From a virus (lineage: Duplodnaviria > Caudoviricetes), in the IMG/VR virus record IMGVR_UViG_3300010311_001094, positions 29,466 through 93,465 of that record: a stretch of 64,000 nucleotides of DNA. One strand, written 5' to 3'. The notes under the pieces were generated by a model. The model saw nothing but the letters and a program-made list of their open reading frames with translations, had not been told where the DNA came from and ran no database searches. The position numbers and the translations under genes were made by a program. Below, piece after piece: positions 27,016-34,935 of this stretch. Every line of letters starts with the position of its first letter. Position 1 is the first letter of the stretch.

Positions 27016-28291
27016 TCGTATCACCACCCTCTGCTGTCGGCATCGCTGCCACCGCTTCATCGAAGGAAAGCTTCTGTCCGTCACGGATGACATACACATC
27101 ATCGTACTTGCCCTCGCGGAATTTGATATACCGCTTCACTTGAACGTCCACAAACTTTTCATCCAATTCTACAGCTCTGCATTTTCGGTCGAGCTGTTCA
27201 CAGGCGATCATGGTAGAACCGGAACCGTGGAAGCCGTCCAGCACAATGCCGTTTGTCATGGTGGACTGCTTGATGAGATATGCCATCAGCGGTACAGGCT
27301 TTGCAGTCGGATGTCCCTCACCCTCGGCTTTGGAGCTTTTCGGACGGTCGAAGTCAAAGCAGGTGGTCTGCTTACGGTCACCGTACCATGTGTGCTTGCC
27401 GTCCTTTTTCCAGCCGTAGATCACAGGCTCGAAGTTCTGCTGATAGTCCGTCCTCGACAGCACAAGCCTGTCCTTGCGCCAGACCAATCCGCAAGAAACA
27501 CGGAATCCGGCATCCTCGAAAGCGTCATAGAACACCCTCGATTTTGATGTCGCGTAGAAAACATACACCGCAGAATCATCTGCAAGGTTCTCTTTGAAAC
27601 AGGCAAATGCGCTTTTCAGGAATTCATAGCCTTCCTTATCCGAAAGGTCATCGTTCTTGATGCTGCCGGAGGTATTGCTGTATGCTACGAGGTACGGCGG
27701 ATCGGTCAGCAGGAGATTTGCTTTTTCACCGTTCATAAGCAGCTCGTAGGTTTCCGACTTGGTGCTGTCACCGCAGACGATACGGTGCTTGCCCAGAATC
27801 CACAGGTCACCGAGTTTTGAGAAGGTCGGCTGTTTCAGCTCTTCTTCAATATCAAAGTCATCTTCCTTGATGTCTTTATTGTGTACCTGATTGAAAAGCT
27901 GCTCGATCTCCGGCGGATCAAAGCCGGTCTTTCCGAGGTCGAAGTCGCTGTCCTGAATGTCCTGCAACAGTTCAGCCAGAAGGCTCTCGTCCCATGCGCC
28001 GGTGATCTTGTTGAGCGCAATGTTCAGCGCCTTTTCTCTGACCTTGTCGATGTCCACCACCGCACAGGGTACCTCGGTGTATCCGAGCGCCATCGCTACG
28101 GTCAGTCGCTGATGCCCGCCGATGATGGTCATGTCGGCGTTGACTACCAGCGGATCGGCAAAGCCGAATTCCTCGATGCTGTTTTTGATCTTTTCGTATT
28201 CCTTGTCGCCGGGCTTCAGCTTTTTGCGCGGGTTATATGCCGCAGGCTTCAGCTCCGTGACAGGGATCACACGAAGTTCTGCTGTCTTCAT
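27008..28291 (-). CDS. ParB-like N-terminal domain fused to DNA N6/N4 methyltransferase
   Basis: YNPR...GF..P...IIGGHQR; TDPPY; HPTAKP; DGFHGSGST. Confidence 0.9.
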   Translation of the reverse strand: MKTAELRVIPVTELKPAAYNPRKKLKPGDKEYEKIKNSIEEFGFADPLVVNADMTIIGGHQRLTVAMALGYTEVPCAVVDIDKVREKALNIALNKITGAWDESLLAELLQDIQDSDFDLGKTGFDPPEIEQLFNQVHNKDIKEDDFDIEEELKQPTFSKLGDLWILGKHRIVCGDSTKSETYELLMNGEKANLLLTDPPYLVAYSNTSGSIKNDDLSDKEGYEFLKSAFACFKENLADDSAVYVFYATSKSRVFYDAFEDAGFRVSCGLVWRKDRLVLSRTDYQQNFEPVIYGWKKDGKHTWYGDRKQTTCFDFDRPKSSKAEGEGHPTAKPVPLMAYLIKQSTMTNGIVLDGFHGSGSTMIACEQLDRKCRAVELDEKFVDVQVKRYIKFREGKYDDVYVIRDGQKLSFDEAVAAMPTAEGGDTNG

Positions 28292-28292
28292 C

Positions 28293-28627
28293 TCATCCCT
28301 CCACATAGTACAACTGCCGTAGCTTTGCGGCTCGTTTTAAGTTCTGCTCTTTCAGCGCAGCCATCTCGCGGAGCGACTGTTCACTCAGCGGCTTGATCTT
28401 GTGCTTTTCCGCAAGCGTTCTGTATCTGCGGATATCCTTGCAGAGGTCTGCATCCGTAACGGATACGAGATACGCCTTGCCGCAATAGTCGCAGCGGAAG
28501 AAGCTGTATTCGATCTCACCCTCACGCTGCGTCAGTGTTTCCGGCACAAATGCACATCCGCACTTATCGCACCGCACTGCATTCTTCAGCACAATGCGAG
28601 GTTTGCTTTTCTTGTTTTTTCGCTCAT
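28293..28627 (-). pseudogene. Zinc-finger protein with probable 1-nt deletion in an A6 run
   Basis: GGAAAGGAG RBS and ATG at 28627 are out of frame by one base with the CDKC...CDYC body; A7 would give MSEKNKKSKPRIVLKNAVRC. Confidence 0.55.
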
Positions 28628-28702
28628 ACGGCTCCTTTCCTGGTCATGATCTGCACAAAGAATGTGCATTATCTGCGCTCGATGTTCTGTACATTTAGCC
28701 GC

Positions 28703-28731
28703 TTGCTATAATACCGAAGCTATGGTAATAT
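28703..28731 (+). promoter_or_regulatory. Repeated promoter module, copy H (inverted)
   Basis: TGCACAA-N26-TTCTGTACATTTAGCCGC-TTGCTA-N17-TAATAT, then ACAACGGA, a hairpin and CGGAGG. Confidence 0.78.
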
Positions 28732-28786
28732 GGGTACAACGGAGGCGGGAAAGCCCCGCCAAATGCAGAACACGGAGGATACAGAT

Positions 28787-28975
28787 ATGAAGTACGAGGT
28801 TATCATCAACAACTACCAGAAGGGCACACAGCTCAAGACCGCCATGCAGGATCATGTGATTCTGCTCGAAAAGATCGACCGGAATCACCACCGGGTGGTC
28901 TACGAGCTGGAGAACGACCGCCAGCGGCAGTTCATCGAGAAGGTGTACGCCCGGAAGCTCCGCCCCCTCGACTGA
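28787..28975 (+). CDS. Hypothetical protein, 62 aa
   Basis: CGGAGG RBS behind promoter copy H; begins MKYEVIINNY. Confidence 0.7.
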   Translation: MKYEVIINNYQKGTQLKTAMQDHVILLEKIDRNHHRVVYELENDRQRQFIEKVYARKLRPLD

Positions 28976-28983
28976 GGGCGGGG

Positions 28984-29454
28984 TTACCAGACTACCTCAC
29001 CGCCGCGCAGGCGGAGGATGCGCTGATTCTGGCTGCCCCGGAAAGCAAGCGAGATATCCTTCTGTTCCAGCAGAAACGGACCGTCAACAAGTACATCAAC
29101 GTACCTGAGAATTTCCTCGCCCTGCAGCATCTCGTAGGTGTATCCGGAGAACAGCCAAGTGTCCGAATTCGGAGACTCAAGTTTTATCCGTTTCAGAAAC
29201 GGGATCAGGACTTCCTCATTTTCCTCCTCGCAGGGTTCACCGCCGAGAACAGAAAGCCCCTGTATCCACGAGGGACGCAGGGCTTCAATGATCTCATCTT
29301 CAGTTTCTTTAGTGAACGGCTTGCCGTAGCCGAAATCCCAGGCTCCGGGGTTATGACAGCCCTTGCAGTGATTCCGGCATCCGCTGACAAACAGCGAGAC
29401 TCTGACACCTTCGCCATTAGCGATGTCGTTTTTGTTCAGACCGCAGTAATTCAA
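28984..29454 (-). CDS. nrdG: Anaerobic ribonucleotide reductase activating protein (radical SAM)
   Basis: TTG start overlapping nrdD stop; CRNHCKGC, LGGEP, DG.F, GSQNQR. Confidence 0.92.
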   Translation of the reverse strand: MNYCGLNKNDIANGEGVRVSLFVSGCRNHCKGCHNPGAWDFGYGKPFTKETEDEIIEALRPSWIQGLSVLGGEPCEEENEEVLIPFLKRIKLESPNSDTWLFSGYTYEMLQGEEILRYVDVLVDGPFLLEQKDISLAFRGSQNQRILRLRGGEVVW

Positions 29455-31598
29455 AGATGCATCACCCTGTCCTTTATTTCGGCAGTGCGTCCCTGATTCC
29501 AGAACTGGGTTCCGAGGTAGCCGCAGGTACGGCGGCAGACATTCAGCGTCCGCTGATCCCGGTTGCCGCAGTTCGGGCATTCCCAGATCAGCTTGCCGTC
29601 TTCTTCCACGATCCCGATCTCGCCGTCATAGCCGCAAGCCTGACAGTAATCGGACTTGGTATTCAGTTCGGCGTACAGAATCGTTTCGTAGATGTGTCTC
29701 ATGAGCACCAGCACTGCAGGGATATTGTTTTGCAGATTCGGTACTTCCACATAACTGATCGCACCGCCCGGAGAAAGCTCCTGAAACTCTGCCTCAAAAA
29801 TTAGCTTGCTGAAGGCATCGATCGGCTCAGTCACATGGACATGATAGCTGTTGGTGATATAGCTCTTGTCGGTCACATGAGGAATGATGCCGTGTCTGCG
29901 CTGCAAACATTGTGCAAATTTGTAGGTGACGCTCTCCATCGGCGTGCCGTACAGCGAAAAGCTGATGTTTGTTTCGGCTCTCCACTTGCTGCACTTGTCG
30001 TTCAGGAATTGCATCACTGAAATGGCGAAGGATTTTCCCTCCGACTCTGTATGCGAACAGCCTGTCATGCGGTAGGTCATTTCCGCAATGCCGGCATAGC
30101 CGAGGGAAATGGTGCTGTAATTGTTGTATAGCAGATCATCAATGACCTCGCCTTTGCCGAGCCTTGCGAGTGCGCCGTACTGCCAGAGGATCGGCGCAAC
30201 ATCGGACGGTGTTCCTGTCAGCCTGTCATGCATGCACATCAGAGCCTTGCGGCACAGTTCGCAGCGTTCATTCAGAAGCTGCCAGAACTTTTCTGTATCA
30301 CCGTCTGCTGAACACGCCACATCCACCAGATTCAGCGTGATAACGCCCTGATTGAATCTGCCATAATACTTGTGATCGGTAGACGGTGTGAGAAAACTGC
30401 GGCACCCCATGCAGGCATACACATCACCCTTCAGCTTTTTCATGATCTTGGCAGAGATATAGTCGGGCACCATGCGCTTTGCCGTACACTTGGCAGCAAG
30501 CTCGGTCAGATACCAGTAGCGGCTGTCCTCGGTGATATTGTCTTCATCGAGAACATAGATCAGCTTCGGGAATGCCGGGGTGATCCAGACCCCCTTTTCG
30601 TTTTTGACACCCTCGATACGCTGAAGCAGCGTTTCCTCGATAATGAGTGCAAGGTCATCTCTGGTCTGTCCCTCCGGTGCCTCGTCCAGATACATAAACA
30701 CCGTTACAAACGGTGTTTGCCCGTTGGTGGTGAGCAGTGTGTTTATCTGGTACTGTATCGTCTGCACGCCTCGCTTGACTTCCCGGCGAACTCGTTTCTC
30801 AACGATGTGGTTCAGTTCCTCGTCACTTAGCTTTGCGCCGCAGTCGCAGTTCACATCCTCGAACACCTCGGCACGAATTTTCTGTCGGCTGATATCCACG
30901 AAAGGCGCAAGATGTGCCAGAGATACCGTCTGTCCGCCGTACTGATTTGATGCCACCTGTGCAATGATCTGCGTTGCGATATTGCAGGCAGTCGAAAAGC
31001 TGTGCGGCTTCTCAATCATAGTACCGGATACCACTGTGCCGTTCTGAAGCATATCCTCCAGATTCACCAGACAGCAGTTGTGCATCGGCTCTGCGATGTA
31101 GTCCAAATCGTGTACATGAATGATCCCGTCATCGTGGGCGGCGATCACATCCTCCGGAAACAGGAATCTGCGGCAGATGTCTCTGCTGACCTCCCCCGCC
31201 ATATAGTCACGGAGCGTGCTGTTGATGATCGGGTTCTTGTTGGCGTTCTCCTGTTTTGCCTCCTCGTTGTTCCTCTCAAGGAGACTGAGAATCTTGCCGT
31301 CCGTTGTGTTCATCCGGCGCTGCTGTTCATGCAGGAGTCTGTATTCGCTGTAGTGCCGTGCAAGTTTGTAAGCTTCGGCCCTGTCCAGTTCATCAAGAAC
31401 CATGTCCTGGACTTCTTCGACATGGACAGGCCTTGCAAGTGCCTCACATCGCTTTTCTACATTACCAGCAATAAAGCCGATTACTGTATCTGTGATCCTG
31501 TCGCCGGAATCCATCTCATCGTTTGCCGCAGTAATTGCGGCTCTGATCTTTTCACAGTCATACGGCACCTCTGCGCCGTTTCGCTTGATAATTCTCAT
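29451..31598 (-). CDS. nrdD: Class III anaerobic ribonucleoside-triphosphate reductase
   Basis: ATP cone, NCCL, MGCRS, CQACG/CPNCG, RTCGYL glycyl-radical motif. Confidence 0.96.
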   Translation of the reverse strand: MRIIKRNGAEVPYDCEKIRAAITAANDEMDSGDRITDTVIGFIAGNVEKRCEALARPVHVEEVQDMVLDELDRAEAYKLARHYSEYRLLHEQQRRMNTTDGKILSLLERNNEEAKQENANKNPIINSTLRDYMAGEVSRDICRRFLFPEDVIAAHDDGIIHVHDLDYIAEPMHNCCLVNLEDMLQNGTVVSGTMIEKPHSFSTACNIATQIIAQVASNQYGGQTVSLAHLAPFVDISRQKIRAEVFEDVNCDCGAKLSDEELNHIVEKRVRREVKRGVQTIQYQINTLLTTNGQTPFVTVFMYLDEAPEGQTRDDLALIIEETLLQRIEGVKNEKGVWITPAFPKLIYVLDEDNITEDSRYWYLTELAAKCTAKRMVPDYISAKIMKKLKGDVYACMGCRSFLTPSTDHKYYGRFNQGVITLNLVDVACSADGDTEKFWQLLNERCELCRKALMCMHDRLTGTPSDVAPILWQYGALARLGKGEVIDDLLYNNYSTISLGYAGIAEMTYRMTGCSHTESEGKSFAISVMQFLNDKCSKWRAETNISFSLYGTPMESVTYKFAQCLQRRHGIIPHVTDKSYITNSYHVHVTEPIDAFSKLIFEAEFQELSPGGAISYVEVPNLQNNIPAVLVLMRHIYETILYAELNTKSDYCQACGYDGEIGIVEEDGKLIWECPNCGNRDQRTLNVCRRTCGYLGTQFWNQGRTAEIKDRVMHL

Positions 31599-32080
31599 GC
31601 TGTATCCATCAGCTCCTTTTCAGACTCTGCCAGAAGTTCGGCGCAGTCCTTGCCGTGATACCTCCGGCACTGTCGGTTCAGTATCTCATACACACACTCA
31701 CGCTCTGTTTCGGTCAGGTCGATTGTGTACATATCCTCGTTGTCATCTGAATCGGAATTGACGACCACAAAGCTGATGCTGCTGTCAAGCTGACACTGCT
31801 GATGGTCGCCGGGTAATTTTGAAACTCCTACATAGAAATCATACCAACCGTCATTGTCTACATCGTCCGTTCTTCCGTCCCTCGGATGCATCGGGAGATA
31901 GCCTTTCTCCATTCGGATGCGGTCTGTGACCTCCGCAAGTGCATCCGTTGCCATGAGCTGGAACTCGACAGTCGGAAAGCGGCAGGGGTAGGTGTCATAG
32001 ATCTGATCGCTGCCGTACATGACCTCTGCACCGCTGTCAAGCTGTATCGCATCACGAATGAAGTTCTCTGTCAGTGTCAT
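31595..32080 (-). CDS. Hypothetical acidic protein
   Basis: GGAGGAGG RBS; stop overlaps nrdD start. Confidence 0.7.
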   Translation of the reverse strand: MTLTENFIRDAIQLDSGAEVMYGSDQIYDTYPCRFPTVEFQLMATDALAEVTDRIRMEKGYLPMHPRDGRTDDVDNDGWYDFYVGVSKLPGDHQQCQLDSSISFVVVNSDSDDNEDMYTIDLTETERECVYEILNRQCRRYHGKDCAELLAESEKELMDTA

Positions 32081-32240
32081 GTTTTTCCTCCTCCTGCATC
32101 GGACACCAGGCGTCATACGGACAGTGACCGCAGTCGTTGTAGTGGCATTTCCCGTCATGCTTGATGATCGAAGATATCCAGATCGCATGGATCAGGATGA
32201 TGATCATCATGTAAGTAAGGCACAAAACGGTTACAAGCAT
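32052..32240 (-). CDS. Small membrane-anchored Cys-rich protein
   Basis: Hydrophobic N-terminus, C-x4-CGHCP-x4-C; overlaps neighbours. Confidence 0.5.
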   Translation of the reverse strand: MLVTVLCLTYMMIIILIHAIWISSIIKHDGKCHYNDCGHCPYDAWCPMQEEEKHDTDRELHS

Positions 32241-32545
32241 TTTGATTCCTCCAGTTTTTCACGATAATATCTTGTTCTGCACCGTCCGGAACAGAAGCGT
32301 TTTCGCCGTCCTGTCCTCGGCTGGGTGACCTTTGCACCGCAGACCGGACAGCGGTTGTTTTGCTGACACCAGATTTGATAGTTGACATCGACCAGATGAT
32401 TGTCTCCTGCAAGACCGTGAGCCTTGCAAAAGAGCTGCACCTGATTGGTTTTCAAGCCCAGCGACCTTGCTATTGCCTTATATCCAATGCCCTGCATCCG
32501 CATAATTCGTACTTGATATTTTTGAGAATCTGTCATCTGATTCAC
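32231..32545 (-). CDS. HTH plus zinc-finger protein
   Basis: GIGYKAIARSLGL; CPVCG...RRKRFCSGRC. Confidence 0.75.
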   Translation of the reverse strand: MNQMTDSQKYQVRIMRMQGIGYKAIARSLGLKTNQVQLFCKAHGLAGDNHLVDVNYQIWCQQNNRCPVCGAKVTQPRTGRRKRFCSGRCRTRYYREKLEESKCL

Positions 32546-32809
32546 CTCGAAACTTCTGATTTTATGCGGTTTTCGGTATCCACACGGGCTCCGCCAAGAA
32601 TAAAACTGTAAAATGCGGTTTGGCGCTAAAAATGTGCTAATTCTATCGCTTTTTGACGTAAATTCGCCGTTTTACAGTGCATTTTGTAACGAAACTCTGT
32701 ATGTATCCTGCCGCCGCAGTTTCCTACGGCAGCATATGGAAAAGCACGAAAAATCTGCGTTTTCTGTTTTCTGCACAGTATTTCATTTACAGCTAATATA
32801 TCTCTGTCA

Positions 32810-32940
32810 GGGTCCCAAATGACCGGGGCCCTTGCAAATTCGCGTTTTTTCACACGAGAGGGGCCGACGGTCTTGTGCTGCCCTCATTTTAGAGATTTCG
32901 ACCGCCCCCGGAGGGGCGCCCCAGCCCCCAGCCCGCCCCA
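32810..32940. other. Probable cos/packaging region (candidate core 32860-32869)
   Basis: Non-coding GC-run-rich stretch directly downstream of HNH, the usual cos position in HNH-P27 terminase phages; exact site is inferred. Confidence 0.5.
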
Positions 32941-32993
32941 TAGATACACCCCTGAGTCGAGTCTGAATCGCAGAGTAGGTCGGTGAGCCGCAT

Positions 32994-33353
32994 TCAGTAC
33001 TTGTACTCAGGGGTGTGATCCTCGTTTCGGGTCTTGATGCTGTGGTGACGGTGACAAAGGCTCTGCCAGTTGCTCTGATCCCAGAAGAGAACACTGTCTC
33101 CTCGATGCGGCTTGATGTGGTCGACATCAGTCGCCTTGACGTACCGCCCTTGCTTCAAGCACTCCACACACAGCGGATGGGTCTCAAGGTAACGCTTGCG
33201 GGCTTTGTTCCACGCTGTGCCGTAGCCTCGGCTGCCTGCCGAGCGTGTCTCCTCCGGGTGGAGGGAACGGTGCTTGTCACAGTACTTCGTACCGTAGGGA
33301 ACGAGAGCCGCGCAGCCGGGATGCCGGCATGGTGTGTTCGGTCTCTTGGGCAT
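32994..33353 (-). CDS. HNH endonuclease (terminase-associated, HK97 gp74-like)
   Basis: HPLCVEC...VDHIKPHRGD..LFWD..NWQSLC..HHS.KT. Confidence 0.92.
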   Translation of the reverse strand: MPKRPNTPCRHPGCAALVPYGTKYCDKHRSLHPEETRSAGSRGYGTAWNKARKRYLETHPLCVECLKQGRYVKATDVDHIKPHRGDSVLFWDQSNWQSLCHRHHSIKTRNEDHTPEYKY

Positions 33354-33384
33354 TGGCTTCACCTCCTGTTTTCGAGCCTCGTAA

Positions 33385-33431
33385 ATGAGCCTCTACTATA
33401 TAGCGTTTCAGGGGGGTATTTTGTGGGTATC
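33385..33431 (-). promoter_or_regulatory. 47-bp repeat copy 1, putative phage-sigma promoter
   Basis: 44/47 identical to 45931-45977; upstream of the HNH/late operon. Confidence 0.7.
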
Positions 33432-33455
33432 GTTGCAAAAGTTTTTAGAAAAATT

Positions 33456-34550
33456 TTATTTCTCCCACGGAAGCCCCCGCTTTCCAAAGTGTCCGTAGGC
33501 GGAAACCTTGTTATAATCTACATCCAGCAGACCGAGGCTTTCGATAATGCCTCTCGGTGTGAGGTCATAGTTCTCACGGACATAATGCTCGATGAACGCC
33601 CTATCCTGATGCTCTGTGCCGAAGGTCTCCACATAAACAGACACCGGTTCTGCCACGCCAATGGCGTAAGCGATCTGCACCTCTGCTTTGTCCGCATAGC
33701 CGGCGCTGACGATATCTCTCGCAATCTTACGGGCGGCATAGGCACCGCTGCGGTCAACCTTGGACGGGTCCTTGCCGGACATTGCACCGCCGCCGATGTG
33801 CCCGATGCCGCCATAGGTATCGCAGGCGAGCTTACGTCCGGTCACACCGCAGTCAGCAAAGGAGCTGCCGAGGACGAATCTGCCGGTCGGGTTCACGAGC
33901 TTTGTGAAGTCGGTGTTCAGCCCGTACTCTGTCGCCGTTCTTACCATCAGCCTTTCGATAATCGGTCTGAAATCCTCAACATCCACATCGCGGATATGCT
34001 GAACGGAGCAGAGGAATGTAGTGATACAGCCGCTGTCGTAGTCGAAGCTGACCTGCGCCTTGGCATCTGCTTTCAGCATACGGCAAGGGTACGCTTTGAG
34101 CAGTTCCAGAAACCTGGTCGCAAGCACAAACGGGATCGGGAGCAGTTCCGGTGTTTCGTTGGTCGCATAGCCGTACATCATGCCCTGATCGCCTGCACCG
34201 CCACTGTTCACACCGAGCGCGATATCATTGCTCTGATGATCGACCAGTATCGCAATGTCCAGATCGTCGGCTGTGAAGTCCAGTTTGTAGTCAAGACCGG
34301 CATCGCTATTCTCAGCTCCGCCGTTGTTGATGCGGTCGAACACCTGCTGCACCAGTGCCTTGTAGTCCGGCTCATGGGTACTGGTCAGCTCACCGGCAAT
34401 GACAAGGCAGCGGTTCTTGAAAAGGCACTCGATGGCAACACGGCTGCTGCGGTCATGCTGAATGCAGTCGGTCACGATAGCGTCTGCGATCTGGTCACAG
34501 ATCTTGTCGGGGTGTCCTGCGGATACCTGTTCACTTGTAATGATTCTCAT
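33456..34550 (-). CDS. metK: S-adenosylmethionine synthetase
   Basis: SEQVSAGHPDKICDQIAD, GAGDQG, GGGAMSGKD. Confidence 0.95.
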   Translation of the reverse strand: MRIITSEQVSAGHPDKICDQIADAIVTDCIQHDRSSRVAIECLFKNRCLVIAGELTSTHEPDYKALVQQVFDRINNGGAENSDAGLDYKLDFTADDLDIAILVDHQSNDIALGVNSGGAGDQGMMYGYATNETPELLPIPFVLATRFLELLKAYPCRMLKADAKAQVSFDYDSGCITTFLCSVQHIRDVDVEDFRPIIERLMVRTATEYGLNTDFTKLVNPTGRFVLGSSFADCGVTGRKLACDTYGGIGHIGGGAMSGKDPSKVDRSGAYAARKIARDIVSAGYADKAEVQIAYAIGVAEPVSVYVETFGTEHQDRAFIEHYVRENYDLTPRGIIESLGLLDVDYNKVSAYGHFGKRGLPWEK

Positions 34551-34689
34551 AGTTTTTTCCTCCTGAAAATGTTTTTGAAACCTCTCACCTTGCCAAGCCT
34601 GTCCGATACACACCGTGGCGCTGTCAGCGCCTGTCTCTGCCCACAGTTTGTATCTTACGATCTCTGGCAAGTTGGTAGGCAAATATCCA

Positions 34690-34825
34690 TAAAATCCCTA
34701 TTCTACTTACTTTTTTATTATTTATTTATATTTGTCGCAAGTTGTCGCAAGTAAATATAGTAATATATATAAAGAGAAGTATATATAATAAACACCGAAA
34801 AAACCTGCGACAACCTGCGACACGC
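34690..34825. repeat. Putative replication origin: inverted pairs of 10-bp iterons around an AT-rich core
   Basis: TTGTCGCAAG x2 (34732-34751) facing ACCTGCGACA x2 (34803-34822), downstream of primase-helicase. Confidence 0.7.
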
Positions 34826-34935
34826 CTTGAAAAGTGCGTAGAATTGAGAAAAATGCACAAATCTTGCGATTCTCGTTCTGCTACACGCCGCGACAATATG
34901 GCTGGCTATTCAAGGTTGACAGGGCAAAAGATGGC

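Noticed and set aside
33015-34754. 579-aa + strand ORF
   Set aside because: Antisense shadow of metK and HNH; no recognisable motifs.
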